A stretch of DNA of 64,000 bases from a bacterium (GTDB lineage: Bacteria > Zhuqueibacterota > Zhuqueibacteria > Residuimicrobiales > Krinioviventaceae): NCBI GenBank assembly GCA_963693055.1, contig OY843751.1, forward strand, positions 6,368,001-6,432,000, given 5' to 3'. Numbering within the stretch: the stretch's first letter is position 1; every line of letters starts with the position of its first letter. The notes below the pieces were generated by a model. That model was not told the DNA's origin. It ran no database searches and saw only the letters and a program-made list of their open reading frames with translations. The translations under genes and the position numbers were made by a program. This document shows positions 10,807 through 20,647 of the stretch, in pieces.

Positions 10807-11653
10807 ATGATTAAACGTATACTGTTGCCATTGGATAATTCACAGTATGCGGACGATGCAATCGAATTGGGGAGTGTAATTGCCCGCAAATTGGATGCTG
10901 AATTGACCGGTCTGGTAATTCTGGATATAACCGGCATTGAGCGGTCCATGGGTCTTGTGCCTGTAGGGGCTATTCATTATGCTGAAAAGATTGAAAAGTC
11001 AATAATTCGGAATACAGAAGACCCTATAAATGATCTGCTAGCCCGATTTGAAAAAAATGTATTCACAGCAAGGTCCGCTTTCGAAAAGAAGAAACCCAAG
11101 GGAGTCCTGTTGAGAGAATTATTCATGAATCCTTTTTTTATGATGCTATTATAATGGGAATGAAAACTTTATATCAATTTGGTTCAAAAACAAAACATGG
11201 AGAATCTGGTGGAAAAATCCTGGGCCATATGGTAACTCTGGTTTATCAGGTTCCTCATGAATTGGATCTGGCATCCTTAAACAAGGATAAATTTAATGTA
11301 CTCATTGCCTATAATGAAAGTCGTCCTGCATCACGAGGATTACATCGTTTTACGTAATTAGAGATGAACGATTTTTTCAATATAACTGTACTTTTTTCAC
11401 ATGATGTAGAAAAAGAAGCAAAATACCTGCTTGACCAGGTGGAAGTGTTTTTAGCTGTCATGGGTATACCGATGTTGAGATGATATGAACAGAAGAAGAT
11501 ATTATTGAATCGATTGACAGTAAACATTTTGAGAAAACGGATTTTATTATAGCGGGAACACATTCAAAAAGTAATTTGTTCGATTTCAGGTTGGGTAGTT
11601 TGGCAAAGCATCTGATAAAATTAGAAAAAAAGCCCGTGTTTTTATATCAATAG
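10807..11653 (+). pseudogene. Universal stress protein (tandem Usp) pseudogene
   Basis: N-terminus MIKRILLPLDNS and C-terminus AGTHSKS...LGSLAKHLIKLEKKPVFLYQ*. Interrupted by a frameshift in the A7 run at 11051-11057, TAA at 11355-11357, a second frameshift near 11455 and a TGA near 11486. Confidence 0.85.
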
Positions 11654-11655
11654 TT

Positions 11656-12309
11656 TTACTCGTTCAATGTTCTGATGCGTATTTCTTTAAAGTACCATAT
11701 GCTACTGGGATCATGTGCTTGTATAGCGAAGGTACCTCCTGTTGGATTGAGCAGTCGTTGTTTTCTTTTCCATGAGCGTTTGGGGTGTGACGGTTCTGTA
11801 TAGTCAACAACTGTAGTACTGTCGAGATTGACGGTTATGTGTTTGTCGTTGACCGTAATTTTTACCTTGAACCATTGGGTGTCATCGACAGGACAGCTTT
11901 CAATATCCAGAACATCATAAAGGCTGCCGGTTTTACGTTTATCTTTGGGGGTATTGTTCAACTGAATTTCATACCCATTTTTTAAGAGGGTCCACCATTT
12001 CAGGTCGCGGTTTGTATGAATAAAGATTCCGGAATTGGAGTGGCTTTCCCCTTTACAGACAACAACCAACTCGAAATTTTTATAAAGAGGCAGAGAATCC
12101 GGATAGGAGCCGGTATAAATCAGGTGGTCCATTCCTTTTTTGCTGTTGGCTATTAATAAACCGTTTTCGAGTACAAAAGATTCCGGATGTTTTATTGCCT
12201 GCCAGCCTTCAATGGATGTACCGTCAAATAAAAAGGTCCAGTCACTGCTGTCATTGGCAGTGACGGACCCGATAATACACAATAATAAAAATAGAATAAA
12301 ATGTTTCAT
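11656..12309 (-). CDS. DUF1080 (3-keto-disaccharide hydrolase-like) protein, secreted
   Basis: W-x-x-LFDG, NSGIF, GYEIQL, TGSLY and FAIQAHD motifs; signal peptide. Confidence 0.9.
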   Translation of the reverse strand: MKHFILFLLLCIIGSVTANDSSDWTFLFDGTSIEGWQAIKHPESFVLENGLLIANSKKGMDHLIYTGSYPDSLPLYKNFELVVVCKGESHSNSGIFIHTNRDLKWWTLLKNGYEIQLNNTPKDKRKTGSLYDVLDIESCPVDDTQWFKVKITVNDKHITVNLDSTTVVDYTEPSHPKRSWKRKQRLLNPTGGTFAIQAHDPSSIWYFKEIRIRTLNE

Positions 12310-12315
12310 GTCAGA

Positions 12316-13086
12316 TTATAATTTAGAAGCTGATGCCGCATCCAGATAGAGAACAGTGTTGGGATGTGTTCGTAGAATTGTAGCGGGACAAGCTGTGCCG
12401 ATAGGCGCATTGAGTGTGTTTTTAACAGCATTGGCTTTGCGTTCATCTGGCACTACGCAGCTTATGTATTTGCAGCGCATCATTGCAGGGATGGTCTGGC
12501 TGAGTGCGTGTGTTGGCACATCATCAAAAGTGGGGAACCAGCCTTCGCCCAACTGCTGTTTGCGACAGTCATCATCCAGCTCTACTACTTTGACCAGCTT
12601 GGGATCATCAAAATCCGCAACAGGAGGATCATTAAAGGCTATATGTCCGTTTTCACCAATACCTATACAGGCGCAGTCAACCTCGTGCTGTTTGAGAAGG
12701 TCTTCGTAGCGTTGCGCTTCGGCATCAGCGTCTGGAGCATCTCCATTGAGAAAATGGATAGCTTTGGGAGAAACATGGTCAAGTATCCGTTCTTTCAGGT
12801 ATTTTACAAAACTTGCCGGATGCTGATCAGACATACCTACATATTCATCCAGATGAAAGACCGTGATTTTGGGCCAATCGAGTTCTTTATCCTTGAATGC
12901 TTCTATAAATGAAAACTGGGAAGCGCCGGTTGCCAGAATCAGGGTTGCATGACCTTTTTCAGCAATAGCTACTTTTAATACCTCGGTTACTTTTTCTGCG
13001 GCAGCCTGCCCCATTATTTTAGTATCGTTATAAATTTCCACATTCAGTTTTTCAACCGTCATTGATTTGTCAGGTTTTTGTGACAT
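12316..13086 (-). CDS. nagB: Glucosamine-6-phosphate deaminase
   Basis: LATGAS, FHLDEYVG, GIGENGHIAFNDP and CPATILRTH motifs. Confidence 0.9.
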   Translation of the reverse strand: MSQKPDKSMTVEKLNVEIYNDTKIMGQAAAEKVTEVLKVAIAEKGHATLILATGASQFSFIEAFKDKELDWPKITVFHLDEYVGMSDQHPASFVKYLKERILDHVSPKAIHFLNGDAPDADAEAQRYEDLLKQHEVDCACIGIGENGHIAFNDPPVADFDDPKLVKVVELDDDCRKQQLGEGWFPTFDDVPTHALSQTIPAMMRCKYISCVVPDERKANAVKNTLNAPIGTACPATILRTHPNTVLYLDAASASKL

Positions 13087-13110
13087 TCTACAAGATCTCC
13101 TGTTCAGCGT

Positions 13111-14340
13111 TTATTGTTCATAGACCACATGGCCATTTACTATGGTCTTTTTAATATTTACTTTATAATCATCAATGGTGAACAAGATGATATCCGCGCG
13201 TTTGCCGGTTTCCAAAACACCACGGTCATCCAGTCCGTACAAGTTGGCCTGATTGGTGCTCGCCATCTGGATAGCCTCTTGCAAACTGCATCCGGTTACT
13301 TTTATAATGTGACCCACTCCTTTGGTGATAGGAGATGCAGAACCATACAGTACTTTTTGTGCAGGATAATGCAGCAGTCCTTCAGGGGTGAGTTCAATGG
13401 TTTCACCATGAGGGGTTTTATATTCACCCGGAGGTAGGGCGGCATAGCTGGTAACATCCGAAGTAATCATCGTTCTGTTTGTACCCTTGGCTCTCCAAAA
13501 GGTTTTGATTTCTTCGGGACGCAGATGAAATCCGTCACAGATGATGCTAATCATTAAACGGTCGTCAGCCAACTGCGGCCACAGGGGATTGTTGTGGCGA
13601 TTGATCATGTTTGCGCAACCATTACCCAGGTGAGTACAGGTTGCGGCGCCAAGATCTGCGGCTTGTTTTACCTGATCGGCATTTCCATTATGGTGCCCCA
13701 GTGCAACCAGAATGTTGTTCATGCTGCATTGTTTGATAAAATCCATTGCGCCGTCAATCTCGGGTGCAACGGTAACCTGTATGATGGTTCCTTTTGCAGC
13801 TTTTTGGTATTTGGAGAATTCATCCCAATCCGGTAAGCGCACAAATTGTTTGGGATGTGCGCCACGGAATCCGTCAATGGGTGAAATATAAGGACCTTCC
13901 ACATGGATACCGGGAATGGTGCCATAATGTTTGGGATCATTAACAGCGTCGGCAATGACGGGCAGGTTTGCCATAAAAACCTCATCGCTGTTTGTGGTTA
14001 CAGTGGGCATGTAGGTGGTAACCCCATCTTTCCACAAGGCTTTGGTGGCTTTACGGATACCATCCAGTGTAAGTTCGCCTCCTGCAAAAGCAAAAGAAAC
14101 ACCGGCGTAACCGTTGATCTGGTTGTCAAACAGTCCGGGTGCAATGTAGATATTTGCGGAACCGTCAAGTTTTTCTTTACGGGTAATATTTGTGATCACA
14201 CCGTCTTTGAACGTGATATCGACGGGTGACATGTCCATATAAAACAGGCCTTCAACGGTCATTTCCTTTGCGTCCTTGGCTGTTAAGGGTTGAATGGTAA
14301 TACATATTAAAGTAATAAAAAGAATTATGCGGTTCAGCAT
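13111..14340 (-). CDS. nagA: N-acetylglucosamine-6-phosphate deacetylase family amidohydrolase with N-terminal signal peptide
   Basis: PGLFDNQING, HVEGPYI, LGH, THLGNG, DGFH, TSD and GKRADII motifs; adjacent to nagB. Confidence 0.85.
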   Translation of the reverse strand: MLNRIILFITLICITIQPLTAKDAKEMTVEGLFYMDMSPVDITFKDGVITNITRKEKLDGSANIYIAPGLFDNQINGYAGVSFAFAGGELTLDGIRKATKALWKDGVTTYMPTVTTNSDEVFMANLPVIADAVNDPKHYGTIPGIHVEGPYISPIDGFRGAHPKQFVRLPDWDEFSKYQKAAKGTIIQVTVAPEIDGAMDFIKQCSMNNILVALGHHNGNADQVKQAADLGAATCTHLGNGCANMINRHNNPLWPQLADDRLMISIICDGFHLRPEEIKTFWRAKGTNRTMITSDVTSYAALPPGEYKTPHGETIELTPEGLLHYPAQKVLYGSASPITKGVGHIIKVTGCSLQEAIQMASTNQANLYGLDDRGVLETGKRADIILFTIDDYKVNIKKTIVNGHVVYEQ

Positions 14341-14478
14341 GAATACCTCCGAAATTCAATACAAGAGCATATAAAGAAAATTGATATTGTATCATAAACA
14401 AATTTGCTGAAAATGTCAATTGGAAAAATTACCAGAAGGTTTGGATTGGTGCTTTTCAAAGAAAAATAGATATTGATT

Positions 14479-14643
14479 TTAAGGGTATTTAAGTTCCCGG
14501 ATTTCCCGAATGATATCAACAATTTCGTCCCGTTTGATGTCTGTGTCCACACCCGGTACATCGAGAGGGTAAATAGGTACCGGGCCAGGCAGATTTTTTT
14601 GGACTTGCCCTTTCCACTTATCATCTTTGTTGTAGGTATTCAT
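14479..14643 (-). pseudogene. Possible truncated Phd/YefM-type antitoxin remnant
   Basis: MNTY...YPLDVPGVDTDIKRDEIVDIIREIRE resembles the C-terminal PLDVPGVxTDIxxDEIVxxIRExRE of a small antitoxin family. The central part appears missing and there is no toxin gene. Confidence 0.4.
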
Positions 14644-14645
14644 AT

Positions 14646-17600
14646 TTATCTTACCAATGCCATACGTTTGTTTATACTTACATCCCCACATTTGATGGTA
14701 ACGATATATACTCCGCTTGGAGAAGAGAGGCCCTGGTTATCAAGTCCGTGCCAAGTCAGGTTGTGCTGCCCGACAGTGTAGCGGGTATTACACAAGGATT
14801 TGATATGCTGTCCTAAAACATTATAGATATTGATCTCTACATGGTCCGTTTTGCCCAGTTCGAATGCAATATTGACTGTGGGATTTGCAGGATTGGGATA
14901 CATACCCAGCAGGTTAAAGGAGAGGGGCGGTTTGGAATCGGTACTCTCGATCTCTGTTAACGGATTGTTGTATGCATCCAGGAACGGAATAAAGTTTACT
15001 TTGCCGAGCGAGTTGATTTCGGATTGGTCTAGGATCATATTATCTACGGATGTAGAATCTTCGGGTCCCCAGTAGGTGTAGGGCAGGTCAATAGCAAAGG
15101 GTGAACTGTTGATGAATTGGTATTCGTTGTTATATATTTCATTAGATTGATTAATATTTCCGGGTGGAATAATAAATTGTCTATTTGCTACAACATCGTT
15201 CGGGCAATCATAATAAACGCCTGCATCACCATTTGAATAAATTTTATTGTTTGTAAAGGATTCAATATAAGCATTGGAAATAGATATTCCACGATTTGCA
15301 AAATTGCTAATGACATTGTTTTTCAAAGTTAAATGTCCATTGGAGAAATACGTATAAATATTAAGACCGTCATATAATATATCAGACTCTTCATTGTTTA
15401 CTGGGAAATTGGTTTCGCCAGCAGGGATATATGTTCCCCATACCGCAATGGATGTTTTATGATTAGTAAAGTTGCCTACAGTTCGACTGCCCCCTGTTTC
15501 CAGTTTTAGATGGCCACCGTCCAATGTTTTTATAACCAGGGTATGCCCCCATTCCAGATTTGCATTTGTTGTGTAACCGGAGGCTGGAACTGTAGTCACA
15601 TCCTGGAAAGGTAATTTGGTATCGGTTACAGCTCTGCGTGTACCTGTTGATAATTTTATAATGCCCAGGCTTGGATTAACAGTTGATAACCATGCGTCAG
15701 CCTGCTCACCGTCTCTCAATATTACCCCGGTTTTGCCCACCAAACCTTCTTTAACACCTGCATCTGTGTCTTTCCAAAGAACATAAAAACGTTTTTTGAT
15801 TCCATGGGGTTTCCCGGTTCCAATCAAAGTATTGTCGATAAACTGGAGAGAGTTTGTTCTCGATTTAAAACCACTTGTTATATTTATTGCATAATTATTA
15901 ATGATTTTCCCAATACCCATCAAAAATCCAAGGGATTTGAGGGTATTATATTTGTTGTTTTCAATTCTAAAGGTAGAACCAGAAAAATATATACCTTCAT
16001 TTACCCTATCAAACTCACAATTTTCAACCACCAGAATATCTGAGGCCACTTTAATCCCATAGTTTTGGCAGTCTGTTATGTGACAATTTTTAATATAAAC
16101 ATTATCACTCCGCTCATACTCTATAGCAGTTTTTGCAAAAGAAAAATTACAATATTTAAACTCTGAATTCTCAGAGCTGGTTAGTATTCCATTCCAATAC
16201 CCTGATTCCGAATCAGGATAAATTGATGTAAACGTTATAGGATTCTCTAATGTACCAATTGCTTTTATTGCACTGGCAATTTCTATAGTGATATTTGTAT
16301 CACATTTGACAACCACACCTGGTTCAATGGTTAATTTTTTTTTATTATTGTAATACAAATCCTGACAAATAATAAAGGGTGATTGATCTATAGTAATTGT
16401 ATTGGATACTAGTTTGCTGGCAACACCTACTCCATGTAGTAATATGTCTATTTCTTTATTATTTAATTTGTTTGTTGTTATTCTGAAATGAGCTGTGTCA
16501 TGATTTAACGCCATCGGTGAATATGTTATGGGTATCTTGACACTGTCATTTGGGTATACATATTGTATTGAATCAGTTTTGCAAGTAAATGGGTGCTGTA
16601 AAGTTGTTAGAGGTAGTGTTAATACAAGGGTTGCAGGGCCTGTATTTTTAATTTTAAATGATTTTGATGCCAGAGTAGTAATTTTGACACTGTCATAATT
16701 AATTTCTGTTGTATTTATATTATAATCGGGTAAAGATGTTGTAGCTTCAGCCGTATTGCCATAGTACCCCAAATTGCACATGTCTCCATTGGGATAAGGT
16801 TCATTTGAATAATCCGAATTGATTGCTCCGGCATCGATACACGGGGAGTTGGCAGCGAGATGAAAATTGTTATTTCCCGGATCAAGCAATCGGGGATTCA
16901 GATCAAAGTTGAATTGGCGTGTGTCAAAAGAGCTATCTTGTTTGGAGTCATAGCCCTGAATACAATTATTGTTCAACTTTGCATTATATCCAATAAACAG
17001 AGTACCCTGATTATTGTAGATGATATTATTATATATTGAACCTAAATGGATTTCTAAAGATTTGTTATTTCGTTCAGAGTTGTTATTATATATAGTATTA
17101 TTGTAAAAACAATTTTCATTATATCTTGAGAAGATAGTGTTCACATTTTGACCCTGATTGTTAAGTATTAGATTGTTATAGATGCTTCCTTTAGATGAGG
17201 AAAAGTGTATAGCTCCTGTAGTAAAATTATTATTTGAATGGATACATTGATTGTTTTCGATTTTATTGAATGCTATCAGGGCTTTGTTGCTATATAAACA
17301 AATACCACCACCACCGCTGCCACCATCCCCAACGTTATATTGGAAAATGTTGTTGAAAATTTCTGCCTCGGCTTTATGTACAAATAATCCTCCACACCCT
17401 TTTTCTTCACGAGTGACCGTAACAGTATTATTGTGAATATGAGAATGAGTTATAGAGAGTTCTGTAAAATATGCAAATATGGCCCCACCGAGAGATTCCA
17501 GATCATCCCCTGTTGAACAGCAATTTTCTATAATACAATAATCGATTTCGGAAGGTTCCGGTTTACTCATACCCCAAAATTTAATCCCTTTCCAAACACT

Positions 17601-17873
17601 GTCCGCATTTGAAGAACTAAATAATATGCTGTCGCTTTCAGTGCCCTGTGCCAACAAGGTACCTTTGACATACAATTGGCTGTTGGGGGAAAATAATATT
17701 TCAACACCTGGCTCTATGTTTAATGTTGATCCTTCATTAACCAGAATATCACCCATTATTTGATATGGAGAAGATTCTTTGTTCCAGATCCCGCTTACAG
17801 GGCCTTGATTGATTATTGTTTCTGAAAATACGATAGACGTAAAAAAGCATAAAAATATAATCGTTTTTTTCAT
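14646..17873 (-). CDS. Large secreted right-handed beta-helix repeat protein with Ig-like domain and C-terminal sorting/FlgD-type domain
   Basis: Signal peptide; SGIWNKESSPY...LNIEPGV; Asn-rich PbH1-like repeats; FHLAANSPCIDAG; C-terminal YPNPANP...IYNVLGQ...SGVYIV...KRMALVR. Confidence 0.85.
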   Translation of the reverse strand: MKKTIIFLCFFTSIVFSETIINQGPVSGIWNKESSPYQIMGDILVNEGSTLNIEPGVEILFSPNSQLYVKGTLLAQGTESDSILFSSSNADSVWKGIKFWGMSKPEPSEIDYCIIENCCSTGDDLESLGGAIFAYFTELSITHSHIHNNTVTVTREEKGCGGLFVHKAEAEIFNNIFQYNVGDGGSGGGGICLYSNKALIAFNKIENNQCIHSNNNFTTGAIHFSSSKGSIYNNLILNNQGQNVNTIFSRYNENCFYNNTIYNNNSERNNKSLEIHLGSIYNNIIYNNQGTLFIGYNAKLNNNCIQGYDSKQDSSFDTRQFNFDLNPRLLDPGNNNFHLAANSPCIDAGAINSDYSNEPYPNGDMCNLGYYGNTAEATTSLPDYNINTTEINYDSVKITTLASKSFKIKNTGPATLVLTLPLTTLQHPFTCKTDSIQYVYPNDSVKIPITYSPMALNHDTAHFRITTNKLNNKEIDILLHGVGVASKLVSNTITIDQSPFIICQDLYYNNKKKLTIEPGVVVKCDTNITIEIASAIKAIGTLENPITFTSIYPDSESGYWNGILTSSENSEFKYCNFSFAKTAIEYERSDNVYIKNCHITDCQNYGIKVASDILVVENCEFDRVNEGIYFSGSTFRIENNKYNTLKSLGFLMGIGKIINNYAINITSGFKSRTNSLQFIDNTLIGTGKPHGIKKRFYVLWKDTDAGVKEGLVGKTGVILRDGEQADAWLSTVNPSLGIIKLSTGTRRAVTDTKLPFQDVTTVPASGYTTNANLEWGHTLVIKTLDGGHLKLETGGSRTVGNFTNHKTSIAVWGTYIPAGETNFPVNNEESDILYDGLNIYTYFSNGHLTLKNNVISNFANRGISISNAYIESFTNNKIYSNGDAGVYYDCPNDVVANRQFIIPPGNINQSNEIYNNEYQFINSSPFAIDLPYTYWGPEDSTSVDNMILDQSEINSLGKVNFIPFLDAYNNPLTEIESTDSKPPLSFNLLGMYPNPANPTVNIAFELGKTDHVEINIYNVLGQHIKSLCNTRYTVGQHNLTWHGLDNQGLSSPSGVYIVTIKCGDVSINKRMALVR

Positions 17874-18181
17874 TGGTCGTTCGCCCCTGGTTTGTTGAAT
17901 TGATTTTGTTGAAAACCCAGTATTTATACAAGGTAGTAAATACTCTTTTTTTAATCAAGGGAATAAGGGAGATGAATATTACTCTGATCAGGAGAAATGA
18001 TTTTCCCTGCCCCCATGAAGGGGTCAAATCTGATATGAGTATGTGCACTCAATTATGGAGAGCAGGTTTGGATACTATGCTATAAATTAGAATATTATTG
18101 TAAATAACCTTTTTTTTATCTATAATGGATTTGTTGTTTTTAAAAACGAGAAAATTTTTTAAAATGATTGGGGAGCTTTGA

Positions 18182-19303
18182 ATGCGATCTTTTATTATGT
18201 TGTTGATTTCCGTTTCTGTTTCCTTTGCTTATACCAACCTGACTCCTGAACAAGTATATTCACGCCTTGCAGCAAGGGATTCGCTGTTACTGTTGGATGT
18301 GCGTGAAGTGAGCGAATATACCAGCGGGCATATTGCTGAACCTGATGGAATACCGGTTCTGACTCCCGTAAACATGCCATGGTCAAGTGGCGTGCTTGAA
18401 AATAATAAAGATTTGTTGCCCGATGATATAGACATAATTGTATACTGTAAATCCGGCGGTCGAAGTGCGGCGGCTTCGGCATATCTGGAGGGAGCGGGAT
18501 TTACCCGTATCTCTAATATGACAGGTGGGTTTAACAGTTGGGCATACGAATCCCGTACCGGAGGATATGGCGACCACAGCGGTGAATGGGTCCATGCGGA
18601 TGATGACACGGTTACCATTGTTGCCAAAGATCAGGAAAGCAAATTGTACCTTACCGGAGCGGCCTTGCCGGAAATGGATTCGGTTTATGTTGAGCTGCAT
18701 CGGCTCAGTGCTGAATTTGCCCCGGAGGGTATTGTAGAATCTGATCTGTATGGCTTTCACAGGCTGACGGTGTTGGATGCTTTTGGTTTGCCACAATTCA
18801 CAAGCGATTCGCTCGCTTTGTCAGAAACAGCCGAGTTTCTGCTCTATGCGGAACCGAACGAGTTTTCGTCACTGCCGAGCGATGACAGGGTTTCGGTATT
18901 CAACCCTGGTGAAGGATGGCAGACCTTGGAGCACGAGCTGAATGGGATTGGATTTCATGTGGTGAACGATGTTTTGTACAAATATTATAATCTGGAAGGG
19001 TATTACGGTCCTTCAGCAGTAAATGATGCAAGCATTCCGGCAGCGTATCAACTTAAAGCCGCATATCCCAATCCTTTTAATCCGGTTACGAATATTGAAT
19101 TTTGTCTACCTGCTTTTGAGCATGTTACGTTAAAAGTCTATAATCCACAGGGGCAGCTTGTGCAAACTCTGATCGATGAACGCATGGGCAGTGGGAACCA
19201 CCATGCAACCTTTCAGGCCGGCAGTCTTGCCAGCGGGATTTATTTCTATCAATTACAAACGGATTCATATACACAAACCCGCAAGGTTGTGCTGGTGAGG
19301 TAG
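18182..19303 (+). CDS. Secreted rhodanese-domain protein with C-terminal sorting domain
   Basis: LLDVRE-x-x-EY-x-x-GHI, active-site YCKSGGRS and MTGGFNSW; C-terminal AYPNPFNP...SGIYFY...KVVLVR. Confidence 0.88.
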   Translation: MRSFIMLLISVSVSFAYTNLTPEQVYSRLAARDSLLLLDVREVSEYTSGHIAEPDGIPVLTPVNMPWSSGVLENNKDLLPDDIDIIVYCKSGGRSAAASAYLEGAGFTRISNMTGGFNSWAYESRTGGYGDHSGEWVHADDDTVTIVAKDQESKLYLTGAALPEMDSVYVELHRLSAEFAPEGIVESDLYGFHRLTVLDAFGLPQFTSDSLALSETAEFLLYAEPNEFSSLPSDDRVSVFNPGEGWQTLEHELNGIGFHVVNDVLYKYYNLEGYYGPSAVNDASIPAAYQLKAAYPNPFNPVTNIEFCLPAFEHVTLKVYNPQGQLVQTLIDERMGSGNHHATFQAGSLASGIYFYQLQTDSYTQTRKVVLVR

Positions 19304-19603
19304 AATCTCAACAGAATGTATTGTTAGGTTAAGCTAAGGATTTAAGAGGATACAAAATGGAAAAATAGTAGCTAATGGATAGTGATTTAGTTGCAGTAGT
19401 CTCTAATGGTGCTAATAAAAAGCCTTTACTGTTGCACTTTTTACTTGAACTTGGTAAAAAATTATCCTATGTACCAGATGTATGAAATGACGAAGCAGAT
19501 ATTTCAAGAATACTTGGAATTTAATGAAGAAACCTTTAATATAGATATTATTTTGTATTATATTAAAGGTAGGTTTTAATATAATACAAAAATACATGTT
19601 TAG

Positions 19604-19632
19604 ATCGTGGCAGAGATTGTCTCTGTCACGAT
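19604..19632. terminator. Hairpin between convergent genes
   Basis: ATCGTGGCAGAGA-TTG-TCTCTGTCACGAT stem-loop. Confidence 0.6.
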
Positions 19633-19672
19633 TGTTGTAAATATATCTAAAGAAAAGTATATTTTGGGGCCT

Positions 19673-20593
19673 TTAACGTAACAACACCATTTTTTTTGTT
19701 AGTATTTGGTCTCTGGATTTTAATTGATAAAAATAGACACCCGCGGCCAGATCTCCTGTATTCAAGAGTATTTCATGGTACCCTGCATGTTGTTGTTCAT
19801 AAACGAGCGTGCGTACCTGGCGTCCCAGCGTGTCATATATGATGAGGGATACTAGAGCAGTCTGATCCAGATTATAACTGATCTTGGTTGAAGGATTGAA
19901 GGGATTGGGATAGTTCTGGCTCAATGAAAAACCACCAGGTGCAGAGGACTCGTTTTGTACATAGGTTGGCAGTTTGTTTCCATATTCAACATTATTGATT
20001 CTGGCATATTTTAATGTTTGATATGTTTGCGCGATTTCACCGCCAAAAGTAAAGCGAACCAAACCAATGCCTTTTGCCAAACTGTAATTAAATCCGGGAA
20101 TAAAGCTGATGCATGTAAAATATTTTGTTTGAAATGTTTGATTAAACAAGGTGTCCGAGATTAAATGTTGACATAATACTTCATTTTCGCTTGCATCGGA
20201 TGGATAATTTCGTAAAGTAGCAACCGTATCACCCAATTGAATGCTCAGACTGTCGATTTTGTATTCGTTGTCAATGAATTCATATTTGCTGCAATATCGA
20301 AAGACATCACCTGTTAACGTGTCCACCCGTTCGAAATAGTATGTTGTCTCTAACGTATCTGGGATGTATTGTTTTTGCAGAATTTTGTAGCTCTTGCCGT
20401 TTTCCAGCAATGTATCGCCGGTCACCTCGAGGCAAAAATAACGCTGCCAATAGATATGGTTCCACTCACTGGCAATTTCCGTATACTCCCAATAGTTTCC
20501 GGTATGTAATGGATAATAAGCCAGTACAGAGTCAGGCACCTGTGCAATTACAGGTAACGAAATAATTAATATTAAGAGAAAACCTTTTTTCAT
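19673..20593 (-). CDS. Secreted protein with C-terminal sorting domain (T9SS type A-like)
   Basis: Signal peptide; YYPLHTGNYWEY; AKGIGLV...LKYARINNVEYG; C-terminal LSQNYPNPFNPST...KKMVLLR. Confidence 0.85.
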   Translation of the reverse strand: MKKGFLLILIISLPVIAQVPDSVLAYYPLHTGNYWEYTEIASEWNHIYWQRYFCLEVTGDTLLENGKSYKILQKQYIPDTLETTYYFERVDTLTGDVFRYCSKYEFIDNEYKIDSLSIQLGDTVATLRNYPSDASENEVLCQHLISDTLFNQTFQTKYFTCISFIPGFNYSLAKGIGLVRFTFGGEIAQTYQTLKYARINNVEYGNKLPTYVQNESSAPGGFSLSQNYPNPFNPSTKISYNLDQTALVSLIIYDTLGRQVRTLVYEQQHAGYHEILLNTGDLAAGVYFYQLKSRDQILTKKMVLLR

Positions 20594-20647
20594 GGACCCC
20601 CCTCCAAATGTTTAAGAAAAGCATAATCAAATGTAGGGGAAAATATT

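Noticed and set aside
17990-18075. GC-richer patch between divergent secreted-protein genes as a riboswitch
   Set aside because: Only short 4-5 bp complementarities and no recognisable aptamer consensus.
19340-19600. AT-rich intergenic stretch with short broken frames (MDSDLVAVV...) and track ORF 19412-19597
   Set aside because: Possibly a decayed gene, but no family is recognisable and the frames are interrupted; too weak to call.
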